From NCBI GenBank assembly GCA_043228905.1, contig JBHGNT010000014.1:11966001-12030000 (forward strand): a stretch of 64,000 nucleotides of DNA, read 5' to 3'. Below the pieces are notes generated by a model. That model saw only the letters and a program-made list of their open reading frames with translations, was not told where the DNA came from and searched no databases. Below, in pieces: positions 53,842-64,000 of this stretch (positions are counted from its first letter, which is position 1; every line of letters begins with the position of its first letter). The position numbers were made by a program, and so were the translations under genes. This stretch comes from Azolla caroliniana (Eukaryota > Plantae > Polypodiophyta).

Positions 53842-54288
53842 CGCAATATCACCATTAATAGCATGGCTCAATAACATCCCTAACAAGGAATAAGTAACTA
53901 TAGCATACTGTCAAGATTCGAACTCTTGACACGAATCTTGACACGACCATTTTATAATATAGTATCTTGGGTTAACCAATATTTCTAGTGCACAGTTATG
54001 TATGTAATTGGTCCTTATTATTTTGCTAGCATCATGTGCATAGTTGCTCCCTTGTAGTATTTACACGCAATATCACCATTAATAGCATGGCTCAATAACA
54101 TCCCTAACAAGGAATAAGTAACTTAGCATACTGTCAAGATTCGAACTCTTGACACGAATCTTGACACGACCATTTTATAATATAGTATCTTGGGTTAACC
54201 AATATTTCTAGTACACAGTTATGTATGTAATTGGTCCTTATTGTTTTGCTAGCATCATGTGCATAGTTGCTCCCTTGTAGTATTTACA
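53842..54288. repeat. ~223-bp tandem duplication spanning the flank/5' LTR junction
   Basis: CGCAATATCACC at 53842 and 54066; CATAC-TGTCAAG occurs at both 53904 and 54127. Confidence 0.9.
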
Positions 54289-54529
54289 CTTGGCACATGC
54301 ATGCTATTGTAGATTCACATGCGTGCAACAAGTATGCATGCCATGTAGTATAAATAGAGGAGTTCACCTTGAAGGAATTCAAGGTGAACAACACCAGTTA
54401 TGGAGTCTTTCCATTAATACTACTCATCCATTTGTCTATCTTCTTTCTTGTCTCTTGAGCTTATGATCTATCCATGACAGTTTGTTCACCTTCCCATCCT
54501 CATAGCTCTCCCTCTCATAAGCCATAGCT

Positions 54530-55561
54530 ATGTCCGACTCAACTAGTGAGTTAGGCCAAATAATGGTAGCCTTACGACAACTCCAACTTGAAAATGAAGC
54601 TCTTCGAAATTCTTTACAAGAACTTCAAGTCGGTGCCTCCCTATCCTCACAACCCTCGAAGCCTAGTCTCCCACAACAACCTAGCCTAGAGCCCGATCTT
54701 CTACCAACATCTAGCTTAGCTTCATCGCATTTTCTTGAGCCTAAGGTTAGCCTCCCAGAAAAATTTGATGGAACGAGGTCGCGTTTCCGAGGGTTCATCA
54801 ACCAAGTTCAACTTATCATTCGGCTACAACCTCAACGCTATGGAGATGGTCTTCGACAAGTCGGCCTTGTGGGCACCCTTCTCTCTAGTCCGGCCCAAGC
54901 TTGGTTTGCACCATTGGTAGAAACCTCTTCACCTCTATTGGAGGACTTTCCCACCTTCCTCGCCGAGTTAGAGGCCACATTTGGAGAGACGGACCGACGA
55001 CGTACAAATCTTAACAAGATTTATGCACTTGAACAAGGTTCGCATGCAACTTCGGTCTATGCTTTAGAATTTCGACAACTAGCATGCGACGTCAATTGGG
55101 ATGATCAAGCTTTAGTTGATCACTTTCGGCGCGGCCTTCGAAGCAATGTCAAGAATCTTCTCTTAAACTTTCCGGAGCCCACCTCGTTATCCCAAGCGAT
55201 TTCACAAGCAATCCATTGTGACAATCGTCTATTCGAATTTCGCCTGGAACAGCGCCGTACTTGGGTTCCACCTCATTCACTTCCAGGACACGCCCCGGTC
55301 ATACAACCCCAACCATACCCCCCACCGACTGCATCACACTCCCCTACTTTGGCAGATGCTCCTGTCCCCATGGAAATTGATCAAGCCCGATTTCGACCAT
55401 TGACTGATGTTGAACGACAATTTCGGCGGGCTAATGACTTGTGCATGTATTGTGGCGCCTCCGGTCATGTCGTTCACCATTGTCCTAGGAGTAATCGCCA
55501 CAATTCCATCGAGCTAATGGACCCCAACCATCCGGAAAACGACATCGTTCGGTTGCAGTAG
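54530..55561 (+). CDS. Gypsy Gag, 343 aa
   Basis: PEKFDG, PVPMEID and CMYCGASGHVVHHC motifs; intact ORF. Confidence 0.9.
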   Translation: MSDSTSELGQIMVALRQLQLENEALRNSLQELQVGASLSSQPSKPSLPQQPSLEPDLLPTSSLASSHFLEPKVSLPEKFDGTRSRFRGFINQVQLIIRLQPQRYGDGLRQVGLVGTLLSSPAQAWFAPLVETSSPLLEDFPTFLAELEATFGETDRRRTNLNKIYALEQGSHATSVYALEFRQLACDVNWDDQALVDHFRRGLRSNVKNLLLNFPEPTSLSQAISQAIHCDNRLFEFRLEQRRTWVPPHSLPGHAPVIQPQPYPPPTASHSPTLADAPVPMEIDQARFRPLTDVERQFRRANDLCMYCGASGHVVHHCPRSNRHNSIELMDPNHPENDIVRLQ

Positions 55562-58500
55562 GAGCCATGCAACTGGACATCTCCCCTCGCCCACATTCTC
55601 TTGGTTCCATTGCCGGACCATCAGGCAATTTCACATTGGAGGTATGGCTTTCATTTAACTCTAGTTCCATTCAGTCTGTTGCTTTACTTGATTCTGGGGC
55701 ATCTTCTTCCTTCATCGACATCGCGTTTGCCCAAGCACATGGCGTACCTGTCGTTGGCCTCTCAAAACCCATTCCCGTTGAAGCCATCGACGGGTGCGTC
55801 CTCTCGTCAGCTGCAATTACTCAAGCTACAATCCCATTAGGGCTTTGTGTGGGTTCACACCAGGAGGAGCTCACCTTTTACTTCATTGCATCTCCTCGAC
55901 ATCTGATCGTCTTAGGACTAACGTGGTTGGAGGCGCACAATCCAATCATGGATTGGTGCAACCGCTCGATCACATTTAGCAAGCCAGGATGCTTGTGCAA
56001 AAGTATGAAGGTAAATTCAGTTTCCCATCCTTCGGAGAAGGTCGATTCCGATTTGACTACCCCATCATCGGTCTAGGATGGGTTTGTTTGTGGCGTTGTT
56101 TCTAACACACTCCATGTTATTCCCGACAAATACCAACACTTCTCCGACGTATTTGAAAAATGTAATGCTGATCGTTTGCCTGAACACCAGCTCAACGACT
56201 GTCCGATTGATCTTCAAGAAGATGCGTGTCCACCCTTTGGTCCTCTATATGCGTTGTCTGCACCAGAGTTGAAGGCCCTTCGTGTGTATCTCGATGAGAA
56301 CCTCGAGAAAGGATTTATTCAACCTTCTAAGTCACCAGACGGGGTCCCCATTTTATTTGTGAAGAAGAAGGACAACTCTCTACGCTTATGCGTCGACTAT
56401 CAAGGTCTCAACAAACTCACTGTGCGCAACCACTATCCGCTACCTCTGATCCCCGAACTCCTTGATCAACTCCGAATTGCGCGTGTCTTCTCCAAAGTTG
56501 ATCTGCGTGGAGCGTACAATCTAGTACGCATCAAGCCGGGGGATGAATGGAAAACTGCATTTCGAACACGGTATGGGCATTTCGAATACAAGGTAATGCC
56601 TTTTGGTTTTACTAATGCTCCAACAGTTTTTCAACATATGATGAATGATATATTCCGGGAATATCTTGATCATTTTGTTGTCATTTACCTTGATGATATT
56701 CTCATTTTCTCGCCAAACATGGAGGAGCACACTCGCCAAGTCCGATTAGTTCTTGCCAAACTTCGCGAGCATGGCCTTTATGCCAAAGGCGAGAAATGTG
56801 AGTTCGACCATACTTCGATCAAATTTCTGGGCTACATCATCTCGTCCACTGGCATCACCATGGATATGAAGAAGGTCTCTATCATTCAGGCATGGGCGAC
56901 TCCAAGGCGACTTAAAGATGTGCAATCCTTCCTCGGCTTCGCGAATTTTTACCGTTGCTTCATCAAGGGGTTTTCCACCCTAGCACAACCTCTTATCGAT
57001 CTCACCCGTAAAGGCACTCCATTTTTATGGACCTCGGAGGCGTAAAATGTGTTCGACTCACTCAAACACGCATTCATCACTGCCCTAGTGTTGCTACATG
57101 CCGACCCCACAAAACCCTTCCAAGTCGAAACCGATGCCTCTGACTTCGCCATTGGTGCCATCTTATCCCATGCAGATGACACCAACCTAATGCACCCAGT
57201 GGCTTACTACTCCCGGAAATTCACGACATCCGAAATCAATTATCCCATATACGACAAGGAGCTTACTGCTATCATTACTGCCTTTGAAGAATGGAGACCC
57301 TACTTGGCCGGCGCACAACATCGTGTCCAGGTAGTGATTGATCATAAAAATTTAGTCTATTTTTCCACCACTCGTACTTTAAATCGAAGGTAGGCCCGTT
57401 GGTTGACATTTCTCGCCGACTACGATTTTGAGATCGTATTTCGACCTGGTGACCAACATGGGAAGATTGATGTCCTTTCTCGCCAAGCTGACCTTGCACT
57501 CCGCCCTAGGGATGCTGCTTATGCTCAACAATCTAGACGTTTGTTGAAACCCAACCAATTGCATCTTTTTGCCACTTGTATGTTGCAGGAGGATTCATTA
57601 CTCCAACAGATCACTGATGCGTCCAAGACCAATGTATTTGCCAATGAGATTTGAGATAGTCTGTAAAACCCCTCCAAGGCGACCAAAAGGAAGGATCTTG
57701 ACACCTTCACCATACAAGAGGGTTTGTTGTTCCGAGATCATCTCTTATACGTCCCAGAGGGCCCATGTCACACCCGGGTGTTGCGGGAATGCCACGATGA
57801 CCCACTTGTAGGTCATTTCGGGGTCGCGAAAACCCTCGAGCTACTCTCTCGGGGGTATTTGTGGCCACAACCATGGAAGTTGGTCAAAGAATACATAAAG
57901 AGTTGTGAGGTTTGTGCTCGCTCCAAAGCCATTCACCATCGGCCATACGACTTACTACAACCGCTTCCATGTCCTCGTCATCCCTGGGCCTCTATCTCTA
58001 TGGACCTGATAACTGATCTACCCTTGGACAATAGCTATGACTCGGTGTTGGTCGTTGTCGATTGGTTTACGAAGATGGCTCACCTCACTCCGTGCTCCAA
58101 AACCATTTCCGGAGAAGGAATGGTGCATCTACTAATCAACAATGTGGTACGCTTGCATGGACTCCCCAATGATGTCATCTCCGATCGCGGACCCCAGTTT
58201 GTCTCTGACTTCTGGCAGCGCCTGCTACAAACTTTAGGCATCTTTGTCAAGTTGTCATCCGCTTATCACCCCCAAACTGACGGGCAAACGGAGCGTGTCA
58301 ACCAAATCCTTGAGTAGTATCTTCGGTGCTCTGTTAGTTACCAACAAGATGATTGGGTCAACTTACTTTCGCTCGCAGAATTCGCCTACAATAATTCTCT
58401 CCATGCATCGACTGGCATCACTCCCTTCTTTGCCAACTATGGTTTACATCCTCGCTTCAACATTTCCCTTCCTACCACTTCCGTGAACCCTTCGGCGGAG

Positions 58501-59040
58501 GATCGTGCTCGCATTTTGGAAGAACTACATCATGATTTATCCTTGGAGCTTAATCTTGCTAGTGAACGATACAAGCAACAGGCTGATCGCCATCGATCTG
58601 CCACTCCACACTTTGTCGTTGGAGACATGGTCTGGTTATTACATCGACACATCTCTACTACTCGTCCATGTGCGTAACCTGATTACAAGAAGTTGGGACC
58701 ATTCCGTATCATCGAGTGCATCAATCTCGTCGCCTTCCGGCTCGCCCTTCCATCCCACTTCCGGATTCATGATGTTTTTCATGTCTCCCTCCTCGAACCC
58801 CATTATGCTTCACAACTCCCAAGACGTTAGGCCCCTCCACCACCACCTATGTAATTGACGATAGGGGAGGAATACGAGGTCGACCAAATCCTTGACTCGC
58901 GTTGGCACCGTCAACACTTGCAATACCTTGTCCTATGGAGGGGTTACCCCATGTCTGAGGCCATGTGGGAACCATCGGAAAATTTACAAAATGCCCCAAA
59001 GGTCATCCAAGATTTTCATCACTGATATCCCCACAAACTA
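55540..59040 (+). pseudogene. Gypsy Pol (PR, RT, RNase H, INT, chromodomain) with stops
   Basis: LLDSGASS, YLDD, ETDASD, SDRGPQF and QTDGQTER motifs; several TAG/TAA/TGA stops. Confidence 0.9.
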
Positions 59041-59500
59041 GCGGCCGATTTGGGAAGGCGGCGTCGTAAGGGGGGATGATGTCAAGATTCGAACTTTTGA
59101 CACGACCATGTTATAATATAGTATCTTTGGTTAACCAATATATCTAGTACACAATTATGTATGTAATTGGTCCTTATTGTTTTGCTAGCATTATGTGCAT
59201 AGTTGCTCCCTTGTAGTATTTACACTTGGCACATGCATGCATACCTACATGCTCTATTGTAGATTCACATGCGTGCAACAAGTATGCATGCCATGTAGTA
59301 TAAATAGAGGAGTTCACCTTGAAGGAATTCAAGGTGAAAAACACTAGTTATGGAGTCTTTCCATTAATACTACTCATCCATTTGTCTATCTTCTTTCTTG
59401 TCGCTTGAGCTTATGATCTATCCGTGACACATACAACAATGGACTAAGTGGGTGTCATTGATGAATAAATCTCATGAGGGCAATATTTGATGTAACTCCA

Positions 59501-62250
59501 TGTTAGAGTTATGATCTAATGTAAGCATATGATAAGGATAAAAGATAGATAAATAGAAAGGAGAGAGAGAAAGAAGGGTCTAATCCACCCGACCACCCTT
59601 GGGCGAAGGGATTGAGACAGACTCGAGCCTCAATCGGTGTCCTATACCACTGCCGTGGCGTCGATTCGTATCTGGTGCTGGTGTGCTCGCTACAAGAGTT
59701 GATCCACCAAAAGGTTAGAGTCTCAACGTATTTGATAATGTGTCAAATGAGGGTAGCTAGGCCTCATATTTATAACCAGACATAAGGCCCCCAGGCAAGT
59801 TCACACTTGGCCTAAGGGGTTGTCTCAATCTCGAGGATTAAAAGTAATCCTGCCCTTCTTTACACTCTTGTTTAACCATCACACTTTATCCATGTGTATA
59901 GAATACTACGGTACATTCTCACCACGGGATATTATATGGTCATGCCTGTAAACTCTTTAAAACATTGCACTCTTGCAATGGAAAGTTAGGGAAGATAGTT
60001 GTAACTATATTTTCTCGTTCCCATGTGACATCTTTGATAGACTTATCCATCCATTTTATTTTAAATTCTTGGATTATTTTAGAACGCAAATGTTTTGTTT
60101 TAACATCGAGAATTCTTTCTAGTACATGTGGTTTAGAAGATAATTCTTCAGAAGTAACCAGAGTTTCAGTTGTCACTGTATTGTCGCCAGAACCAAGAAA
60201 TTCTATTAGCCGACTTACATGAAAAACTAGATGGATTTCAATGCCATCAAGAAGAGCAAGACAATAGGCTGATGAACCAATGCGTTTGAGAGCTGTAAAA
60301 GGTCCACAAAACTGTGGGGCTAACTTAGCGCACTTACTCGTAGACAATGTCTTAGAATTGTGAGGTACACGTAAAAATACCTTCTGTTCAGGGTTGAATA
60401 CACGAGGTTGCCTATTATGATCGGCATAAAACACTCTCTATCTTGAGCTATTTTTATATTATCTCGTGCAATATGCAACATATCTTGCATATCCCAAAGA
60501 AAGTTTTGTGTACTTCGCAACTCATCATGATGTATATTAACATCAATCAGAGCTCGTGGCTGAAAACCATAGATCAACATAAAAGGACTATATCCCGTCG
60601 ATGTATGCTTGGAGATGTTATAAGCAAACTCCAAAATTGGGAGATGACGTTCCCATTTTGTTGGTTTTGTACCAACATATGCACGGAGCATGTCCTCAAT
60701 AATTTGAATTACTCGTTCTACTTGTCCATCGGATTGAGGATGATCCGTGGAGCTCATGCTAAATGTAGTTTCTAACTTCTTCAAGACTTGCGTCCAAAAG
60801 TCTCTAGTAAACTTTGGATCTCGATCACTCATAATATCCATCGCTAACCCATAAAAACGAAATAACTCATGAACGAATTGGTAAGCCAATTCGAGAGTTG
60901 TTACCGTGGTTTTAGTAGCAATAAATTTGGCCATTTTAGTTAGTCGATCAACCACAACCCAGATGACATCATGAACTTTTTGGGTGCGAGGAAGGCTAAC
61001 AATAAAATCCATGGATATACTTTCCCATTTTTTATTGGGAATGTCCAAGGGATGTAAAAGTTCATTGACTTTAAGTCACTTGGCTTTGTTAACCTGAGAT
61101 TGGTGACATTTAGTCACATATCTATGTACGTCAGGACGCATCTTAGGCCAATAGAATTTTTGATTCGAATACCTTGGGCCTTGCAATATTCCTCGAATTT
61201 CCCTTTATATTCACCACCATTGTCGGTTCGGACAACCTTCAGCTTCTGACTTGACTCCCCTTTGACCCTTGCTAGGAACTCCTTGAAAAACGACAGTACT
61301 TGATCTTTAGACTTTAGTGCGAAAGCCCACAACTTCCGACTGTAGTCATCGATGAAAGTCACAAAGTATTGTCCACCTCGATGCGACGGAGCATTCACAT
61401 AACACACATCCGTGTGTACTAGTTCCAGTGGCACTTCTCTTCTTCTTGGTGGTCTTGAGTGGAATGTTGCTCTGTTCTGCTTTCCAACTAAGCAGTCGAC
61501 GCACTTCTCTAGGTGCACTCCCTTTACCTCTGGTAGAAGTTTCTATATGTTTGCTTCCTACAAAATACTAAATATGAAAAGAAAATATACAAATTTAAAG
61601 CACTTGGTAGTGGCTTTAGTGGAAAGTTAATTTATCTCCTATCTTGGAGGTGCAAGGCTCAAGTATTGCTTCCACTCCTATGTATGCACTTAAATGTTAC
61701 TAAGCTTTAGTCTTATTTTTATATTTACAATTGAGTGCACATCACACGTGCACATGTTTAACTTTACATCTAGGCTTTCCTTTTACGATTCTCATTTCAG
61801 TCCTATTTACAACATGCTAGCATATGCATGTGGCCTTCACCCCTTTCACACGTGCACATTGCATCTTCTTGATTTCCTTTGTTGGATACAATTTTCACAC
61901 CGTTGCCGAAAATCTTCACGATAGCGTTTGACCTTTGAGAAGACTAGTAAATGGTGTCGTCAATTGGGAGTAATTACGAAGAGATTTTCGCAAAAACCCA
62001 ACAAAACCAAGGAATGATCGAACTTCTCGAATATTTCGAAGAGTGGGCCAAAGTTTGACTTTCTCGATGCGAGAAGGATCAATTTCAACTCATTCGGTTA
62101 TGAGATGTCCAAGATAAGTAATTGATTTCTTGAAGAACTCGCATTTTGAGATCTTCGCGTAAACTGTTTGTCACTCAATGTTTGCAAAACAAAGCGGACA
62201 TGTTTAGCATGTTCTTCTAATGTACGACTATAAACTAGAATATCATCCAA
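59501..62250 (-). mobile_element. Truncated, rearranged chromovirus related to the 11756-18865 element
   Basis: Putative 3' LTR ~59501-59935; integrase and chromodomain 59940-61160 highly similar to the C-terminus of the 14431-18387 ORF; RT piece FLDDILVYSRTLEEH at ~61930-62255. Confidence 0.85.
61163..61540 (-). mobile_element. Copia integrase fragment embedded in the Gypsy
   Basis: CVDCLVGKQ...LELVHTDVC...FIDDYSRK...RTDNGGEY. Confidence 0.85.
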
Positions 62251-62255
62251 GAAAA

Positions 62256-64000
62256 TGTTGGGAATATGTCCCTCTAGTTGGAGGAGCCGACTATTTGAGC
62301 CAATAAGTGCCGACAGTCGAAGACAAGGAAGATCCAATTGTTCGGATGGTGTGCTGATGGTTGAAGAGTCGACTATGAGAAAGTCGATTGTGAGAGTCGA
62401 CTGGAAGGAGATCCAGGTCAAAGACACAATCGACTAGTCGGGAAGACCGTATGGTTGATGACCAGGCTGACTAGTCAAACAGACTAGACGGTCGACACTA
62501 GAGTTGGCTGATGGCTACTTATTATTAGGGACTACACTTCTAAATAGCCCATTCTGTGTATTAGTATAAATACACCTAGGGCAAACGAGAAAAACGTGCA
62601 GAGAAAAGAATGTAGAACAAAAAGAGAGAGTAAGAGTGTTGTGGTGAAGCGCGAGAGGAAGAAGAGCGAGAAAGTGGCACCATAGTTGTGTGTGTGAAAC
62701 AATAGGCATCAAGAGCCCCGTGAGGCTGACACAGTCCACAGAGAATGTTGTAATCTTCTCTATTTGTATATCCACTATATAATGAAGCTCTGTTCCAATG
62801 GTTTTCCCTGTTTAGGGTTTCCACGTAAAATATGTGTACACTGTGGTTGTGTGTGTTCCGAGTTGTGTATTTCAGCGTATTCTTCTTGTGAGTTAATGAT
62901 TTTTTTCACAACAAACTGGTATCAGAGCTTGAGGTACAAGCATGGAAGGAGGTGTGAGCGGCTTCCCAGGTATGATAGTTCTGAACTCTCAGAACTATGC
63001 ATATTGAAAGATAAAGATAGAGGACCTTCTCATAGTCAAAGACTTGTATGAGCCGATCGACAGAGCAAAAATACCCACGGTGGTATTAGAGTCGGAATGG
63101 AAACTTCTTAACAGAAAGGCAGTGGCCATTGTCCGACAGTGCGTCAATGTGAGTGTCCTTGAGTATGTGGCGAATGACATGAATGATCACGAGATGTGGC
63201 AGAGGCTATCAAGACTATATGAGAGGAAGAACGCCTTCAATAAAACCTCACTGATGAGAAAGGTCGTACGGTTGAAATACAGAGACGGTGAGATCATCGT
63301 CGAACACATCAACACATTCATGGGGTATGTAAATCAGCTTGCTGCAACCAAGTTTCCCCTTGATGATGCGATGCAGGCCATCCTATTGATGCGCACACTA
63401 CTGGATAGTTGGGAGAACTTGGTGGTTACTCTCAACACCTCCTACCAAGAAGAGAACTTGTCTTTACAGGTGGTGAAGACAAGCATCCTGAATGAGGAAG
63501 CGAGAAGAAAGGACAAGGGTGCCCTTTCTCATTCAAATGCGAATGTGTCACAACATTCGGATAGAGGAAGGAATTGACAAAGGAGTCCACCAAGGAGAGA
63601 AAAGTCCCATGCTAGATCGAAGTCCCAAGGTAAGCTCATGTGCTTTTATAGTGGAAAGCCTGGACATTTCCAGAAGGACTGCCAACATCTTAAAAAGGAA
63701 AACAGTGTTGGTAATAATGTCGAACCCAGGAAGATTCCTAAAGAAAAGAACACTTCAGTCATTGCTACGAGCAATGAAGAACTCCTGCTCATTTGTGAAT
63801 AGGCAAGTGCTAATCTTGCAAGCGAAGAATGCACTTGGGTGATCGACTCTGGTGCATCTTTCCATATAACTCCGTCGATGGAGTATTTCTTGACTTACAT
63901 AGCCGGTGATCATGGCTATGTAAAGATGGGTGATAATGGAGAGTGCAAGGTAGCCGGAGTTGGATGTTTGTTTGACGATGTCGACAGGGTGTCGACTAAC
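62256..64000 (+). mobile_element. Ty1/Copia (Tnt1/Tork-like) 5' part: LTR, PBS, gag, protease
   Basis: LTR 62256-62913 (TGTTGG...ACA); PBS 62917-62928; gag ORF 63044-63577; decayed knuckle CFYSGKPGHFQKDC; WVIDSGASFH near 63835. Confidence 0.9.

Larger units (their letters stand above)
54132..59429 (+). mobile_element. Ty3/Gypsy chromovirus, Tcn1/Tf1-sushi-like, with self-priming PBS
   Basis: LTRs 54132-54479 and 59080-59429; CATAC TSD at 54127-54131 and 59430-59434; PPT before 59080; no tRNA-Met PBS. Chromodomain EEYEVDQILDSR...YLVLWRGY...WEP. Confidence 0.95.

Overview
Repeat-rich land-plant nuclear DNA, most likely a seed-free plant such as a fern (inference from the TE lineages and genes). 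Most of the window is transposable elements. The main structure is a 22.7-kb cut-and-paste DNA transposon (4575-27286) with 26-bp TIRs starting GGG and an ATAA 4-bp TSD; it looks Sola2-like. It carries a spliced DDD-type transposase on + and, convergently on -, a spliced second gene encoding a coiled-coil plus RING-H2 protein. It landed inside an old Gypsy pol and was then interrupted by a Copia (7126-20229), which itself contains a very young chromovirus (11756-18865); every junction can be rejoined in frame. Other elements: further Copia elements, an L1-type LINE, and a Tcn1-like chromovirus (54132-59429) with a Tf1-type self-priming signature. Three intact small spliced host genes lie at 34.9-47.2 kb: an At2g27730/complex I P2-like gene, TIM8, and a GAG1At-like gene. 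All calls were made by eye from the sequence and ORF track; no database searches were run.
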